Positions 18,114 through 28,197 of a DNA stretch of 64,000 nucleotides are shown piece after piece (position 1 is the stretch's first letter; each line of letters begins with the position of its first letter). Position numbers and translations under genes: made by a program. The notes beneath the pieces were generated by a model that was given only the letters and a program-made list of their open reading frames with translations, ran no database searches and had not been told where the DNA came from. The stretch comes from Planctomycetota bacterium (GTDB lineage Bacteria > Planctomycetota > Planctomycetia > Pirellulales > UBA1268), in assembly GCA_029978905.1 (NCBI GenBank), contig JAPOIM010000007.1, positions 15,942 to 79,941 on the forward strand, given 5' to 3'.

Positions 18114-20473
18114 TGCGTGGCCTCTCCGATTAGGTCGACGATCGTGTTGAGAAAGGTCTCGTCGTGGAAACTGCTCTTCGTCAGGTAGCGGTTGGCCCCC
18201 GCATCAAGCCCCCGCAGGCGATCTTCTTCTCGGTCTTTGTAGGACACGATCACCACGGGGATGTCTTTTCGCGAGGGATCTGCTTTGACGAGTGCCACCA
18301 GGCCGATGCCATCCATGCGGGGCATGTCGACGTCGGTCACGATCAGATCGTAGTGGACCGAGCGGATCGCATTCCAGCCATCCATGCCATCCACCGCCAC
18401 GTCGACGGCAAAGCCGCGAGACTGCAACAGCTGACGCTCCAGTTCGCGGACCGTGATCGAGTCGTCGACCACGAGAATCCGCTTCCGCTGCCGTTCCTTT
18501 TCGGCGAGCCGCTCGAACTCCACGCGGGAGAGGCGTCGTCCTGCGAGCACATTGTCGATCGACCGGACCAGATCCTCCACGTCGACAATCAACACTGGAC
18601 TGCCGTTTTCCAGGAGTGAGGCGCTGTTGATGTCGGGGACTTTGCCCAGACGCGTGTCGAGGGGCCGCACTTCCAGGTCACGCTCACCAAGATAGGTGTC
18701 GACGATCAGTCCAAACTGCTGGCCGCGATCGCTGACGACCACGACCGGCAAGGGATCGCTCGGCGGTCCCCCGGAGGGGATTTCCAAAATCTGTGAGGCC
18801 ATCACGAGGCCGATGGAGATGCCATCGCGGTCGAAGTATTGCCGTCCTTCGACCGTGCGGAGCTCGCTGTGGCGGCAGTGGATGATCTGGTCGATCCGCG
18901 TGAGTGGGAAGGCGTAGGGTTCACCCCCGATCTCCACGAGTAACGCGCGGATGACCGACATCGTGATGGGGAGTTGGAGGGTGAAGGTGGTCTGCCAGCC
19001 TGGCTGCGTGGCAATGCGGACGTTGCCCCCTACGGCTTTCACCATGCTTTGCACCACATCGAGCCCCACGCCTCGTCCAGAGATCTCGGTGACGACATCT
19101 TTGGTGGAGAAGCCCGGCAGAAAGAGGAACTCCAACAGTTCCATTTCCGTGAGCTGATCGGCGACGGCTCTGGCCACAAGTCCGCGATCAATCGCCCGTC
19201 GGCGGAGGGCGTCGACATCGATCCCACGGCCGTCGTCGACCAACGTGATGTTGAGCATCCCCGCACGATGCCTCGCTTCGAGACGAATCGAGCCGACTGG
19301 CGACTTTCCTGCGGCTTCTCGCTCTGGTGGCTGCTCGAGGCCGTGGTCGAGGGCGTTGCGAATCAGGTGGGAGAGAGGCGCTTCGAGCTTGTCGAGGATG
19401 TCGCGGTCGACTCCCGTCTGATCTCCTTGGACCTCAAACCGTACCTGCTTGCCCAGTTTTCGCGCGAGGTCCCGAACCATTCGCGGGAAGCCGCGAATCC
19501 CGTCGGCGAGCGGACGCATGCGGCTCTTGATCACCTCATGGTGAAGCCGATTGGAGAGGTCTTCATTTCGGCGGGCGAAGGCTTCGAACTCTTCCACGCG
19601 GTCGGTGAATCGAGCCAGGTTGTCTTCGGAGGCTGCCCGGGCACGCGCGATCAGTTCGACATCCGCCGCGGGGAGAATCACATCCCCGGTCCGCAGCCGT
19701 TCTTCCAGTGCGGAAAGCTGATCGCACAGTTCGGTTTGCCGGCCACGGAGATGCAGCATGGAGTCGACGAACGGCCGCAATTGCCGCGCTTCTACGAGCG
19801 ACTCACCGGCAAGCGCCACCAGCCGCGTCAGGCTGTCGGCGGAAACCCGCACCACCCGATCGGTCTGGTCGATCGGCCGAGCGGCCGCCGGCTTCGTGGG
19901 TTCTGTCGGCTCGGAGGCGGAGGGGGCGGCAGACACTGTCGAGGGCGCTGCGACAGCGACGGGTGCCTTCGTGGGGGAGGGCTCTTCGGCCACGGCGGGC
20001 GCCGGGGGAGCGGCCGCCTCGTCGTTGGCCGGTGGATCGGGCTCTGCAGGAGAGGGCGTGGAGGCAGTCGACCCTCGAGTTGGCAATGCGTTGAGGTCTC
20101 GGACGAGTGCGGTAGCGCGGTCGGCCCACGGCGCATCCGCATCAAGCGCGTCGGACGCCTTGGCGATCGAACTGAGGAAGTCGACCGCGGCGAGAAGCAC
20201 ATCGACATGCTCCGAACCGACGAGAAACTCCCCTTTGCCTGCCAGCACAAAACAGTCTTCGAGCGAATGGGCGACCTGCACCGCGGGTTCGAGCCCAACG
20301 ATCCGTGCGGCCCCTTTGAGCGAATGGGCCGCCCGCATCATCGCCTCAATGGTCTCTGGAGAACGCTGCGTTTCTTCAACAGCCAGAATGCCCGAGGAAA
20401 GGATTGCGGTCTGGCTCTCTGCTTCCAGTCGAAACAGCTCGAGCATTGAGAATCCGCTGAGATCGTCCGCCAT
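18110..20473 (-). CDS. Hybrid CheA-type histidine kinase with a C-terminal receiver (WspE-like)
   Basis: HPt motif AAHSLKGAARIVG, then an Ala/Pro-rich linker. HATPase motifs are HLIRNALDHGLE, DDGRGID and SGRGVGLDVV. A CheW-like domain follows, then a REC (ILVVDDS...DLIVTDVDMPRMDG...IPVVIVS). Confidence 0.9.
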   Translation of the reverse strand: MADDLSGFSMLELFRLEAESQTAILSSGILAVEETQRSPETIEAMMRAAHSLKGAARIVGLEPAVQVAHSLEDCFVLAGKGEFLVGSEHVDVLLAAVDFLSSIAKASDALDADAPWADRATALVRDLNALPTRGSTASTPSPAEPDPPANDEAAAPPAPAVAEEPSPTKAPVAVAAPSTVSAAPSASEPTEPTKPAAARPIDQTDRVVRVSADSLTRLVALAGESLVEARQLRPFVDSMLHLRGRQTELCDQLSALEERLRTGDVILPAADVELIARARAASEDNLARFTDRVEEFEAFARRNEDLSNRLHHEVIKSRMRPLADGIRGFPRMVRDLARKLGKQVRFEVQGDQTGVDRDILDKLEAPLSHLIRNALDHGLEQPPEREAAGKSPVGSIRLEARHRAGMLNITLVDDGRGIDVDALRRRAIDRGLVARAVADQLTEMELLEFLFLPGFSTKDVVTEISGRGVGLDVVQSMVKAVGGNVRIATQPGWQTTFTLQLPITMSVIRALLVEIGGEPYAFPLTRIDQIIHCRHSELRTVEGRQYFDRDGISIGLVMASQILEIPSGGPPSDPLPVVVVSDRGQQFGLIVDTYLGERDLEVRPLDTRLGKVPDINSASLLENGSPVLIVDVEDLVRSIDNVLAGRRLSRVEFERLAEKERQRKRILVVDDSITVRELERQLLQSRGFAVDVAVDGMDGWNAIRSVHYDLIVTDVDMPRMDGIGLVALVKADPSRKDIPVVIVSYKDREEDRLRGLDAGANRYLTKSSFHDETFLNTIVDLIGEATQ

Positions 20474-20485
20474 CGTCTCCCCTTC

Positions 20486-21241
20486 CTATGCCGAGAGTTC
20501 TGCGCGGAGATGTTCCAGAAGGCGGTCTCCGTCGAGGAATCCCACGACAGTGTCTCGCCAGTCCACCAAGGCTTCGGCGTGTCGGCTCCCAGCTTGGCCA
20601 ACGGTGGAGGGCACCGACCGCAGCTGAGATCTTGGAACGGCATGCACGCCCGCCACCTCATCCACGGCAATCACCCACCGCTCCTCGCCATCCTCGATCA
20701 CCAGAAGTCGCTTTGCCGAGCCTTCGCCTGCGAGGGGCGAGAGGGTGTCTTGCGGCACGTTGAGTTCGGAGGTGACGTCGATGCCGAGGAGTTTTGCCAG
20801 GGAGACGCAGAGTTGGATTTGCCCACGGATGTTGACGATCCCTTCGAGAACCCCACCTCGGCGATGGGGGATCGTGTGGAGCGGCTTCATTTCGGTGACT
20901 TCAACCAGCAGCGGTGTCGCCAGCGAGAGCCATTCTCTCCCGACTCGGAAAATGAGCATGCTCACCGCATCGGCTTCGGTTTCCTCTTCGGGCGTCTGGA
21001 GAATCTCGCTCCAGGTTTCCAGGTAGCCTTCCGGTGGTTCGCGGTCGAAGAAGGTGCGTGCGGCCTCGGCAAGGACGGGGCAGTTGCGGCAATGAATGAA
21101 GCTTTCGAGCTCGGGGCAACTCCGGTCCCCCGCCACACCAATCTTCGACCAGCACTCGTCCATGGGTGGAGTGATGTGTCGACGCGGACGGCTCGTGGAA
21201 GAGCCGATGAGTTCGGCGATGCGGTCGTTGGGAGTGCTCAT
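20486..21241 (-). CDS. CheW-like coupling protein with an N-terminal Cys-rich motif (WspD-like)
   Basis: The N-terminus reads ECWSKIGVAGDRSCPELESFIHCRNCPV. The CheW core is MLIFRVGREWLSLATPLLVEV...GVLEGIVNIRGQIQLCVSLAKLLGI. Its ATG overlaps the cheR stop (ATGA). Confidence 0.85.
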   Translation of the reverse strand: MSTPNDRIAELIGSSTSRPRRHITPPMDECWSKIGVAGDRSCPELESFIHCRNCPVLAEAARTFFDREPPEGYLETWSEILQTPEEETEADAVSMLIFRVGREWLSLATPLLVEVTEMKPLHTIPHRRGGVLEGIVNIRGQIQLCVSLAKLLGIDVTSELNVPQDTLSPLAGEGSAKRLLVIEDGEERWVIAVDEVAGVHAVPRSQLRSVPSTVGQAGSRHAEALVDWRDTVVGFLDGDRLLEHLRAELSA

Positions 21242-22599
21242 CGCGATGCCTTTCGCATAAAGATACGAGATGCGGTTTCGCGATAGGATTCCGCCATCCG
21301 CTCATCACCACGGCTTCCCGCGACCAAGGCAAGCGCGAGCGCAGCCTCTTCATGAAGCGGGTCGAGGTAAAGCGTCTTGTGAAAGCAGCCCTCAGCGCGG
21401 TCGAGGTCGCCATGGGCCTGGTAGAGCGTCCCCAGCATGAAGAACAGGTCGGAGGAGGGGCCGGCATCCCGAGCGTGTGCCTCGCATGCGGCAATGGCTT
21501 CCGTGTGGCGACCCGCGTTGGCGAGATGCCCAACCTTTTCCAGCAGCCGTCCGCGAGCGTCTGCCACGACCTGCTGAGGTTCCGGATCGCCCAGTGTTTC
21601 TGCCGCACGGGATGGAACGCGCGCGCGAGGCTTCGGAGGCAGGGCTCCTGCTGCCCCGGAGGCTGTTGATCGGGGCTCGCGACCTCCTCCTGCGGTGAAA
21701 CGCGTTGGCTGGGAGGCGTGCCCACTCGCAGACGCTGGTCGTCGCCGCAGGGCAAACATGGAGGAACTACCAGCCGGAATCCAGGGGCCACGCATGATGG
21801 GTGGTTCGGCGGCCCCGAGAATCAGCGCTCCGTCGGAGGCGAGCAGCCGATCGAGCGTCGCTTCCGCCTGCTGACGTGCGGGGGCGGTGAGGTAGATCAG
21901 CAGATTGCGACAGAAAATGATGTCGTACCGCGGTACGCCGACAGCAAAGTTCCGGTCGAGCAGATTCCCCCAGGCGAAGTGCACCTTGGCGCGGATTGCC
22001 GGATCAATCACCGAGCGGCGCTCTTCTTCGCGAAACCAGCGGCGACGAAAAGTCTGGTCTGCGTTGCGAAACGCGTTGGCAGAGTAACTCCCGGCCCGAG
22101 CCTTTTCGAGGCAGACATGGCTCACGTCAAAGGCATCGATCGTGAACGACTCGGTGGGCATCCCCGCATCGAGCAGTCGCATCGCAATCGAGTAGGGCTC
22201 TTCACCGCACGCACAGGGCATGCTCAGAATCCGTACCGGACGTCGCCCGGGCAGGGCCGCGATCGTCCGCGCGAAGGATTCCAGGAATGCGAAGGTTGGC
22301 TCGTCTCGAAAAAACCAGCTTTCTGAGACCACCACTTCTTCGACCAGGAGGTCGCGCTGTTGTGGATCCGCTTCGATCGCTGCGTGGAGTTGTTCGAGGC
22401 TGTTCAGCCCCAAGGCCTCCATTCGTCGCTTGCATGCACGGGCCAACGACGCCGATCCCAGGGTGGCGGGATCGAGGCCGATCCACTGCGCAAGCAGCTG
22501 CTCGAGCACGCCGCGGGGGGACGCCTCAGGCGAAGCCTCACCCCCAGCGGTCTGGTCAGGACCGGGCTGAGGTGAGTCGATCGCTCGTGTCGGCATCAT
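21238..22599 (-). CDS. cheR: CheR methyltransferase with a C-terminal TPR domain (WspC-like)
   Basis: ESWFFRDEPTFAFL and RILSMPCACGEEPYSIAM (SAM-binding region) are present. TPR-like repeats lie near the C-terminus (GRHTEAIAACEAH...GDLDRAEGCFHKTLYLDP). ATG 22599 overlaps the preceding gene by 44 nt; a GTG at 22509 is an alternative. Confidence 0.85.
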   Translation of the reverse strand: MMPTRAIDSPQPGPDQTAGGEASPEASPRGVLEQLLAQWIGLDPATLGSASLARACKRRMEALGLNSLEQLHAAIEADPQQRDLLVEEVVVSESWFFRDEPTFAFLESFARTIAALPGRRPVRILSMPCACGEEPYSIAMRLLDAGMPTESFTIDAFDVSHVCLEKARAGSYSANAFRNADQTFRRRWFREEERRSVIDPAIRAKVHFAWGNLLDRNFAVGVPRYDIIFCRNLLIYLTAPARQQAEATLDRLLASDGALILGAAEPPIMRGPWIPAGSSSMFALRRRPASASGHASQPTRFTAGGGREPRSTASGAAGALPPKPRARVPSRAAETLGDPEPQQVVADARGRLLEKVGHLANAGRHTEAIAACEAHARDAGPSSDLFFMLGTLYQAHGDLDRAEGCFHKTLYLDPLHEEAALALALVAGSRGDERMAESYRETASRIFMRKASR

Positions 22600-23074
22600 G
22601 GGGGCGGTCCGGGAAAAGGCTGGCCAACAGTTCGTGAGGGATCACGCATTCGGGCAAGAGCATCTGCACGGTCTGTCCGTCGAGCCTCAGCAGCCGGCCA
22701 AGGTAGGCATCGGCAGCGAGGTCTTTGGTCTCCAACTCGCCTGCAGAAGTCCCCGTGGAACGAATCGTCACCACATTCTCGGCCATGATTCCAAACCGCA
22801 CCAGACGAGACGGCTGCGACGGGGCTGCCCCGTCGCTCATTTCGATTTCCACGACGATCACGCGGGTGCTGAGGCGGCGCGTAAGCGGGGTGCCGCTGAT
22901 CCGCAGCCCGAGGTCGACCAGCGGCACAAATCGGCCGCGGTAAGTGAAAATCCCAGGCAGATAGTCGGGGAGGTGAGGGATCGGCCGCGTGGTGACGAGG
23001 GGGAGCACCTCAACCACCTTTTTCGATTCGATTGCATAAGACTGCCCCCCGACGGTGAAGGTCAGCAGTTGCAT
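22556..23074 (-). CDS. cheW: CheW coupling protein (WspB-like position)
   Basis: I trimmed track ORF 22556..23386 to ATG 23074: MQLLTFTVGGQSYAIESKKVVEVLPLVTTRPIPHLPDYLPGIFTYRGRFVPLVDLG. Confidence 0.85.
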   Translation of the reverse strand: MQLLTFTVGGQSYAIESKKVVEVLPLVTTRPIPHLPDYLPGIFTYRGRFVPLVDLGLRISGTPLTRRLSTRVIVVEIEMSDGAAPSQPSRLVRFGIMAENVVTIRSTGTSAGELETKDLAADAYLGRLLRLDGQTVQMLLPECVIPHELLASLFPDRPHDADTSDRLTSARS

Positions 23075-23102
23075 GGCATGAGTCCGCCGGTTGGCGGCTC
23101 CT

Positions 23103-25142
23103 TCAGATCGTGAATCGAGCCACCTCTTCCTTAAGGCCACCAACGGCCTCGCGGAGATGGGTCGTGGCTTTGTTGAAGTCGCCAAGCGAGGTGGCCGTTC
23201 GTGAAGCGCCGTCGGCAAGCCGCACCATGGCCTCGCGAATCTGCTCGGCTCCCTGCGACTGTGCCCGCATGCCTTCGGTGACCTGACCAAACCGACCGGA
23301 AATGCCTTGAACCGCTTCGATGATTTCGCCGAGCTGTTCGGCGACGAGGCCAATCTCTTGGACGCCCCCACGAACCTGTTCGGCAAACTTATCCATCTCC
23401 ATCACACCAGCAGAGACGCTGTACTGCATCTCCTTGACCATCCGTTCGATGTCGAGCGAGGCAACGGCGGTCTGATCGGCAAGTCTGCGGATTTCGCGGG
23501 CCACGACGAGAAAGCCGAGCCCATACTCGCCCGCCTTCTCTGCTTCGATGGCCGCATTGATTGAGAGCAGGTTGGTTTGGTCGGCCACCTTCGTGATCGT
23601 GGTGACGGCGAGGTTAATGTTGGCGGCCCGCTCGCTGATCACACCGAGTTTTGCACCGAACGAACTCGTGGAGTCCGCGAGCTGTCGCATGATCTCGTCC
23701 ATGCCGACGAGGTTGCCACGCCCCTCGGCCGCCATGGCTCCGGTGTGCGCGGCCATGTCGTTCACCTCGGTCATTGTCCGCACCAGCTCTTGGCTGGTGA
23801 CCGAGATCTGCTTGACCGCCGCGACGGCTTGGCTGGTGGAGGCGCCGTAGTCGGTGATCACCTGCTGCTGTTCACTCGAGGTTGCTTGGATCGCGGTGGC
23901 GGTCGAGATCAAGGCGACCGAAGACTGCTGGATGCGACCAATCAGGCCACGGAGATCGAGGGTCATCCGTTGGATCGCTTCCAGCAAGATCCCCGTTTCG
24001 TCGTCACCGGCCGCGGTGACTTCGGCCCGCAGATCACCGCCGGCGACTTGCGACGCGACGGCGACGGCCGTCCGAATCGGTGTGGAGATGGATCGAGCCA
24101 CGATAAACGCCGCGACCGTGACGCCGACGATGGTGGCCAGCGACAGCAGCACGATGGCGAAGCGTTGGAAACGCGCCAGGGCAAAGGCTTCGCTGTGAGC
24201 CTGCTTGACGATCAGGCCCCAGCGAAAACTGGGAAGGTATCGCCACGCGGCCACCGACTCCACGCCGTTGTAATCCTGGATGATGCCGTAGCCGCGATTG
24301 CCGCGGGAAGCCTCTTGGGCGGCGATCGCTTCATCGCCGCCGAGTGGGATCTGCAGCCGAAACGCGGCATCCACGGCGTTTCGCAGCGGTGCGGTCACGA
24401 GGACGGCGTCACCGCGCAACTCGCCGGTGAGGATTTCGCCAGTCGAGCCGAGGCCCGAGTAGTCTGCCAGGATGTTCCAAAGTGGGTCGGGAAAGAAGCC
24501 AAGGGCCAGCACGCCGATCACCTGCTCGTCATCAAGGATGGGGCAGGTCACGAAGGCCATCGGTCGACTCCCTCCATACGACTGGAAGCCCGTCAGGTCG
24601 GACTGAAGCAGGGTGCGGGAGCGGTCAAAGCCTCCGGCGAGTTCGGACGAGGCAAGCTGACCCGAAAGGAGCGATCGCCCGTTCGCAATCGATTCATCGT
24701 CGAGCGAGAAGAGCACGCGGCCGGTCTGGTCCACCAGCAGCAGCTGGCAGTAGTCAAAGGCGCTCGCGGAATACTCCAGAAACTCAGTGAAGTCGGCGGA
24801 GGCCGCCTTGAGCCGCATCGCCAGGCTTGCCTGCCCGGGCCCGGCGTTATCGGTCTCCCCTGCGACCGAAGTGAGGTTGGTGATGGCTTCGCTGAACGTG
24901 GGGCCTCGGGCGAGCGCCGTGCCGTCGCGGAGACGCTCGACCGCATAGCGTTCCATCGCGAGCGCCTTGTTATCGGCAATCATGGAGAGCGTGCTGCGGA
25001 CCGACGACGAGAGCGCATCGGAGGCAATCCTCGCGGTGACGGCGGTCAGCAGGCCGCACGGAACCAGCGCGATCACGAGGAACCAAAACAGCAAACGGCC
25101 CGCAATCGAGCGTCTGAGAAGGCTGCTCCGCTGAGGCTTCAT
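23103..25142 (-). CDS. Methyl-accepting chemotaxis protein (periplasmic Cache-like sensor, HAMP; WspA-like position)
   Basis: I trimmed the ORF to ATG 25142 ([32 protein letters not shown]), which overlaps the upstream stop as ATGA. The HAMP reads [21 protein letters not shown]...[12 protein letters not shown]. The hairpin is [38 protein letters not shown]. Confidence 0.9.
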   Translation of the reverse strand: MKPQRSSLLRRSIAGRLLFWFLVIALVPCGLLTAVTARIASDALSSSVRSTLSMIADNKALAMERYAVERLRDGTALARGPTFSEAITNLTSVAGETDNAGPGQASLAMRLKAASADFTEFLEYSASAFDYCQLLLVDQTGRVLFSLDDESIANGRSLLSGQLASSELAGGFDRSRTLLQSDLTGFQSYGGSRPMAFVTCPILDDEQVIGVLALGFFPDPLWNILADYSGLGSTGEILTGELRGDAVLVTAPLRNAVDAAFRLQIPLGGDEAIAAQEASRGNRGYGIIQDYNGVESVAAWRYLPSFRWGLIVKQAHSEAFALARFQRFAIVLLSLATIVGVTVAAFIVARSISTPIRTAVAVASQVAGGDLRAEVTAAGDDETGILLEAIQRMTLDLRGLIGRIQQSSVALISTATAIQATSSEQQQVITDYGASTSQAVAAVKQISVTSQELVRTMTEVNDMAAHTGAMAAEGRGNLVGMDEIMRQLADSTSSFGAKLGVISERAANINLAVTTITKVADQTNLLSINAAIEAEKAGEYGLGFLVVAREIRRLADQTAVASLDIERMVKEMQYSVSAGVMEMDKFAEQVRGGVQEIGLVAEQLGEIIEAVQGISGRFGQVTEGMRAQSQGAEQIREAMVRLADGASRTATSLGDFNKATTHLREAVGGLKEEVARFTI

Positions 25143-26524
25143 TCGCCAGTCCTCCCCGTGGCAGCGGGCGTCTGGGACGCCGAGACCGGTCGCGACCAGC
25201 GGCGGCCCCATGACTGATAGAGGTCGCGGACGAACTGTTCCCAATCTGCTCGCGATCTTGTCAGCGGGAAGGGGACGGGCCGGACGGCACGCTGGCTATC
25301 CCACACAATCTCAAACTGGCCATCCGCTTGGATTCTGCCGATGCGGACCGGCAGCCAGGCGTGGTTCGTTTGGCGATCGATCGACACCACACCTTCCGGA
25401 GCGAGCATGCTCTGGCTGCGAAGGCTGCTGCGGACTTGAACAACGTCGGCGGTGCCTGCCTCCAGGACGGCCTGAGCCCAGAGACGCACGCTTGTGTAAG
25501 ACGACTCGGCAACCGCGCTTGTGGGCCGTTCGCTGCCGTACCGAGCCTTGAAGGCTTTCACGAAGGCCTGGTTCGCCGGACTGTCGAGGCTCTGAAAATA
25601 GTTCCATGCTGCGTAGTCCCCCACCATGTCGCCGCGAGGCATCGTCTGCAGTTCGTCTTCAGCGATCGAGAAACTGATGACTGGCACGTCTTCGCTGCGG
25701 ATGCCGGCCTGTCGGAGGCGTCGGAAAAAGGCGACGGCCGAATCCCCAACCACCGAACTCAGCACCACGTCGGGGCGGGTTCGCACGATCTCCTGCACGA
25801 GAGGATCAACCTGATCGCTCCCAAACGCCACGTACGACTCTCCGACGAGTTCGGCGCCGAGCCCGCGGATCTGGTCTCCGGCGATTGCGTTGACGCAGCG
25901 CGGCCAGATGTAGTCAGACCCAACCAGCAGGAATCGTTTGGCGTTGAGGGAGGATGATGCCCACTGCACTGCGGGGATAATCTGTTGATTCGGAGCGGCC
26001 CCCACGTAGATCACGTTGGGAGATTGCTCGAGGCCTTCGTAGGCCATCGGGTACACAAGCAGGTGGTCGGCAGCCTCAATGACCGGAAGCACGGTTTTTC
26101 GGCTGGCCGATGTCCAGCAGCCAAAAATCACATCCACTTTTTCGTCGTGGATCAGTTCTTGGGCTTTTCGTGCGAACGTTGGCCAGTCAGAGGCCCCATC
26201 CGCGATCACCCAACGGACGGGCCGGCCGAGCAGGCCGCCAGACTCGTTGATCTCTTCGAGAGCGAGCACTTCAGCGTTCATCATCGAGACTTCGCTGATG
26301 GCCATTGGGCCGGTGAGGGAATGCAGGATGCCTACCACAATCGGCTGACGATCGAGGAGCACCCGGTCAACCACCCACCAGCCGGCCGTCGCGAGGCCGA
26401 CCAACGCCACTGCGGCTGCCAGGGCGGTTCGCCACTGCTGGAGCCAGGGCAACCGGCGATCGCCAGTCGCCTGGGGGAGCGAAATGGCGGCGGCATCGCG
26501 GCGGCTTGAAGCGGACTGGGGCAT
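25139..26524 (-). CDS. Membrane-anchored periplasmic binding protein, type I (AmiC/UrtA/LivJ-like, Peripla_BP_6-type)
   Basis: One TM follows ATG 26524 ([18 protein letters not shown]). Then comes [42 protein letters not shown]...[16 protein letters not shown]...YPMAYEG, typical of amide/urea/branched-chain amino-acid binding proteins. The ORF section upstream of 26524 uses AGG, AGA, TTA and ATA codons, so I treat it as non-coding. Confidence 0.8.
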   Translation of the reverse strand: MPQSASSRRDAAAISLPQATGDRRLPWLQQWRTALAAAVALVGLATAGWWVVDRVLLDRQPIVVGILHSLTGPMAISEVSMMNAEVLALEEINESGGLLGRPVRWVIADGASDWPTFARKAQELIHDEKVDVIFGCWTSASRKTVLPVIEAADHLLVYPMAYEGLEQSPNVIYVGAAPNQQIIPAVQWASSSLNAKRFLLVGSDYIWPRCVNAIAGDQIRGLGAELVGESYVAFGSDQVDPLVQEIVRTRPDVVLSSVVGDSAVAFFRRLRQAGIRSEDVPVISFSIAEDELQTMPRGDMVGDYAAWNYFQSLDSPANQAFVKAFKARYGSERPTSAVAESSYTSVRLWAQAVLEAGTADVVQVRSSLRSQSMLAPEGVVSIDRQTNHAWLPVRIGRIQADGQFEIVWDSQRAVRPVPFPLTRSRADWEQFVRDLYQSWGRRWSRPVSASQTPAATGRTGE

Positions 26525-26793
26525 GGGGCGTGGAGAGCGGAGTTGGTGAGGAGTGGGGCCGCTCAGCGGTGCGTGGCAAAAGGGAATGCTTAATCTTGGC
26601 CTATGAGTCGTCGCACGGAGTGTCTCCGTCCGGAGAACAGGCTCGGACGGCTCCATCATGCCAGGTAGGGAGGGAGGATTGGAGCATTTTCAACGGTTTT
26701 ACGAGAAAAAACGACTGGCGAGGTGGACGGGGCCCCTTTTTTGGGGAAGGTCATGTGTTTGCGGTGAACTGGCCGAGAAGGTATTCTTAGCGG

Positions 26794-28176
26794 TTGTCGA
26801 AAGTCCTTACGTTTCAGCCTTCCCCTTTTCATATGCATTCTCACGAGCCGCATACGGACGAGATGCCTGACGCACGCGTCGCCGATATACTCGGTGACGG
26901 CAGCGGCGCATCTCGGAGTGTGCAGTCGGCTGCTGGGAATCGGGGAACGGCGCGAGCAACAGAAGGCGTTTCCGTGTCGAGCAAACCGGCAACCGACCGT
27001 GGGCGACTCGCACTCGACAAGATAGTCGGTGTGTCTGCGTGGTCTCGTCAGTTACGAGAAGATCTTGCTCGCGTTGCTCGTCATGCCTCCAACGTGCTTA
27101 TTCTCGGGCCGAGTGGTACTGGCAAGGAGTTGATCGCACGAGCGATTCACGCCAATGGCCCGAAGGCCGACAAGGCGTTTATTCCCGTGGACTGTGCGGT
27201 GACCACCGGGACGCTCTTCGCGAGTCACATGTTTGGTCATGTGAAGGGATCGTTTACCGGGGCGATCTCGTCGTCCTTGGGGTGCTTCCGTGCCGCGGAC
27301 GGCGGCACGATTTTCCTCGACGAAATCGGGGAAATGGAGCCGGAGATTCAGTCCAAGCTGCTGCGTGTGCTGCAGCAGCGGACCGTGGTCCCCGTCGGCA
27401 GCCATGAGGAAGTGCCGGTCAACGTCCGGGTCTTGGCCGCGACAAACCGGTCGCTGCAGACGGAAGTTGACGAGGGACGCTTTCGTGAGGATCTCTTCTA
27501 CCGCCTGAATGTGGTGGTGATCGAGACGATCCCCCTGAGGGATCGCCCGGAAGATATTCCGCTGATTGCGAGTCGATACCTCGCCGAACTTTCGGCCCAG
27601 CATGGAATGGCTGGGTGCGTGCTGTCGGACGGCGCGGTGGATCTGCTGCAGCAGTACTCCTGGCCGGGCAACGTTCGAGAGTTGCAAAACGTGCTCGAGC
27701 GTGCGGTCATGTTTTCGTCTGGTGACGAGATTGATCCTGATGCGTTCGCATCGCTCGCATCGTCTGGTGACGTGGCGAGCGGCATTGATTTTGCCCGTCG
27801 CTCCACCGAAACGGTCGAGGAAGAAGTTTCGGAACTCGAGCGGGCCGCTCGGAGTGGGGTGGTCAATCCAACCCTGCTGACCGGTGTGTATCGGGTGCCG
27901 CAACGGCCGCGTCTGGAGCCGGAACCGCAGGCACGTGGTGGTGTCGAGCCATCGGCGTCGCCTATGCAGGCGTACTCGCTCGATCGCGAGAGCGTGCTGC
28001 CGCCAGTGGTCCCCGGTGGCGATTGGCCGACCCTGGCCGACGTTGAGCGGCTCCATCTTGAGAGGACGCTCTCCGCGACCATGCAGAATCGTTCCCTGGC
28101 AGCAAAGCTGCTTGGGGTCGATCGCTCCGTGCTTCGCCGAAAGTTGCAGAAGCACGGTCTCGACTCGGTTGAATGA
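26794..28176 (+). CDS. Sigma54-dependent transcriptional activator (AAA+ plus Fis-type HTH) without a recognisable N-terminal sensory domain
   Basis: Walker [12 protein letters not shown], the GAFTGA variant GSFTGA, and Walker [13 protein letters not shown] are present. The C-terminal HTH is [25 protein letters not shown]. The start is uncertain: TTG 26794, ATG 26833 or ATG 26863. Confidence 0.85.
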   Translation: MSKVLTFQPSPFHMHSHEPHTDEMPDARVADILGDGSGASRSVQSAAGNRGTARATEGVSVSSKPATDRGRLALDKIVGVSAWSRQLREDLARVARHASNVLILGPSGTGKELIARAIHANGPKADKAFIPVDCAVTTGTLFASHMFGHVKGSFTGAISSSLGCFRAADGGTIFLDEIGEMEPEIQSKLLRVLQQRTVVPVGSHEEVPVNVRVLAATNRSLQTEVDEGRFREDLFYRLNVVVIETIPLRDRPEDIPLIASRYLAELSAQHGMAGCVLSDGAVDLLQQYSWPGNVRELQNVLERAVMFSSGDEIDPDAFASLASSGDVASGIDFARRSTETVEEEVSELERAARSGVVNPTLLTGVYRVPQRPRLEPEPQARGGVEPSASPMQAYSLDRESVLPPVVPGGDWPTLADVERLHLERTLSATMQNRSLAAKLLGVDRSVLRRKLQKHGLDSVE

Positions 28177-28197
28177 CCAAGCCGTTGAGCAGACGCT

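Noticed and set aside
18974-25217. Plus-strand ORFs of 491 aa (18974..20449) and 546 aa (23577..25217), plus several shorter ones, across the Wsp-type operon
   Set aside because: They are shadow ORFs opposite strongly supported CheA-REC and MCP genes, with low-complexity Arg/Gly/His-rich translations.
26574-26590. Sigma54-like element TGGCAAAAGGGAATGCT on the plus strand, upstream of the activator gene
   Set aside because: The GG and GC dinucleotides are separated by 11 nt rather than the canonical 10, and the -12 region is AATGC rather than TTGC. This is too weak to call without a genome-specific matrix. A minus-strand TGGCAT-N5-AGCC at 26650-26663 has the opposite spacing error.
26626-26650. 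7-bp inverted repeat CCGTCCG-(11 nt)-CGGACGG in the intergenic region upstream of the chemosensory operon
   Set aside because: It is short and GC-rich and could arise by chance. I can test neither conservation nor functional context here.
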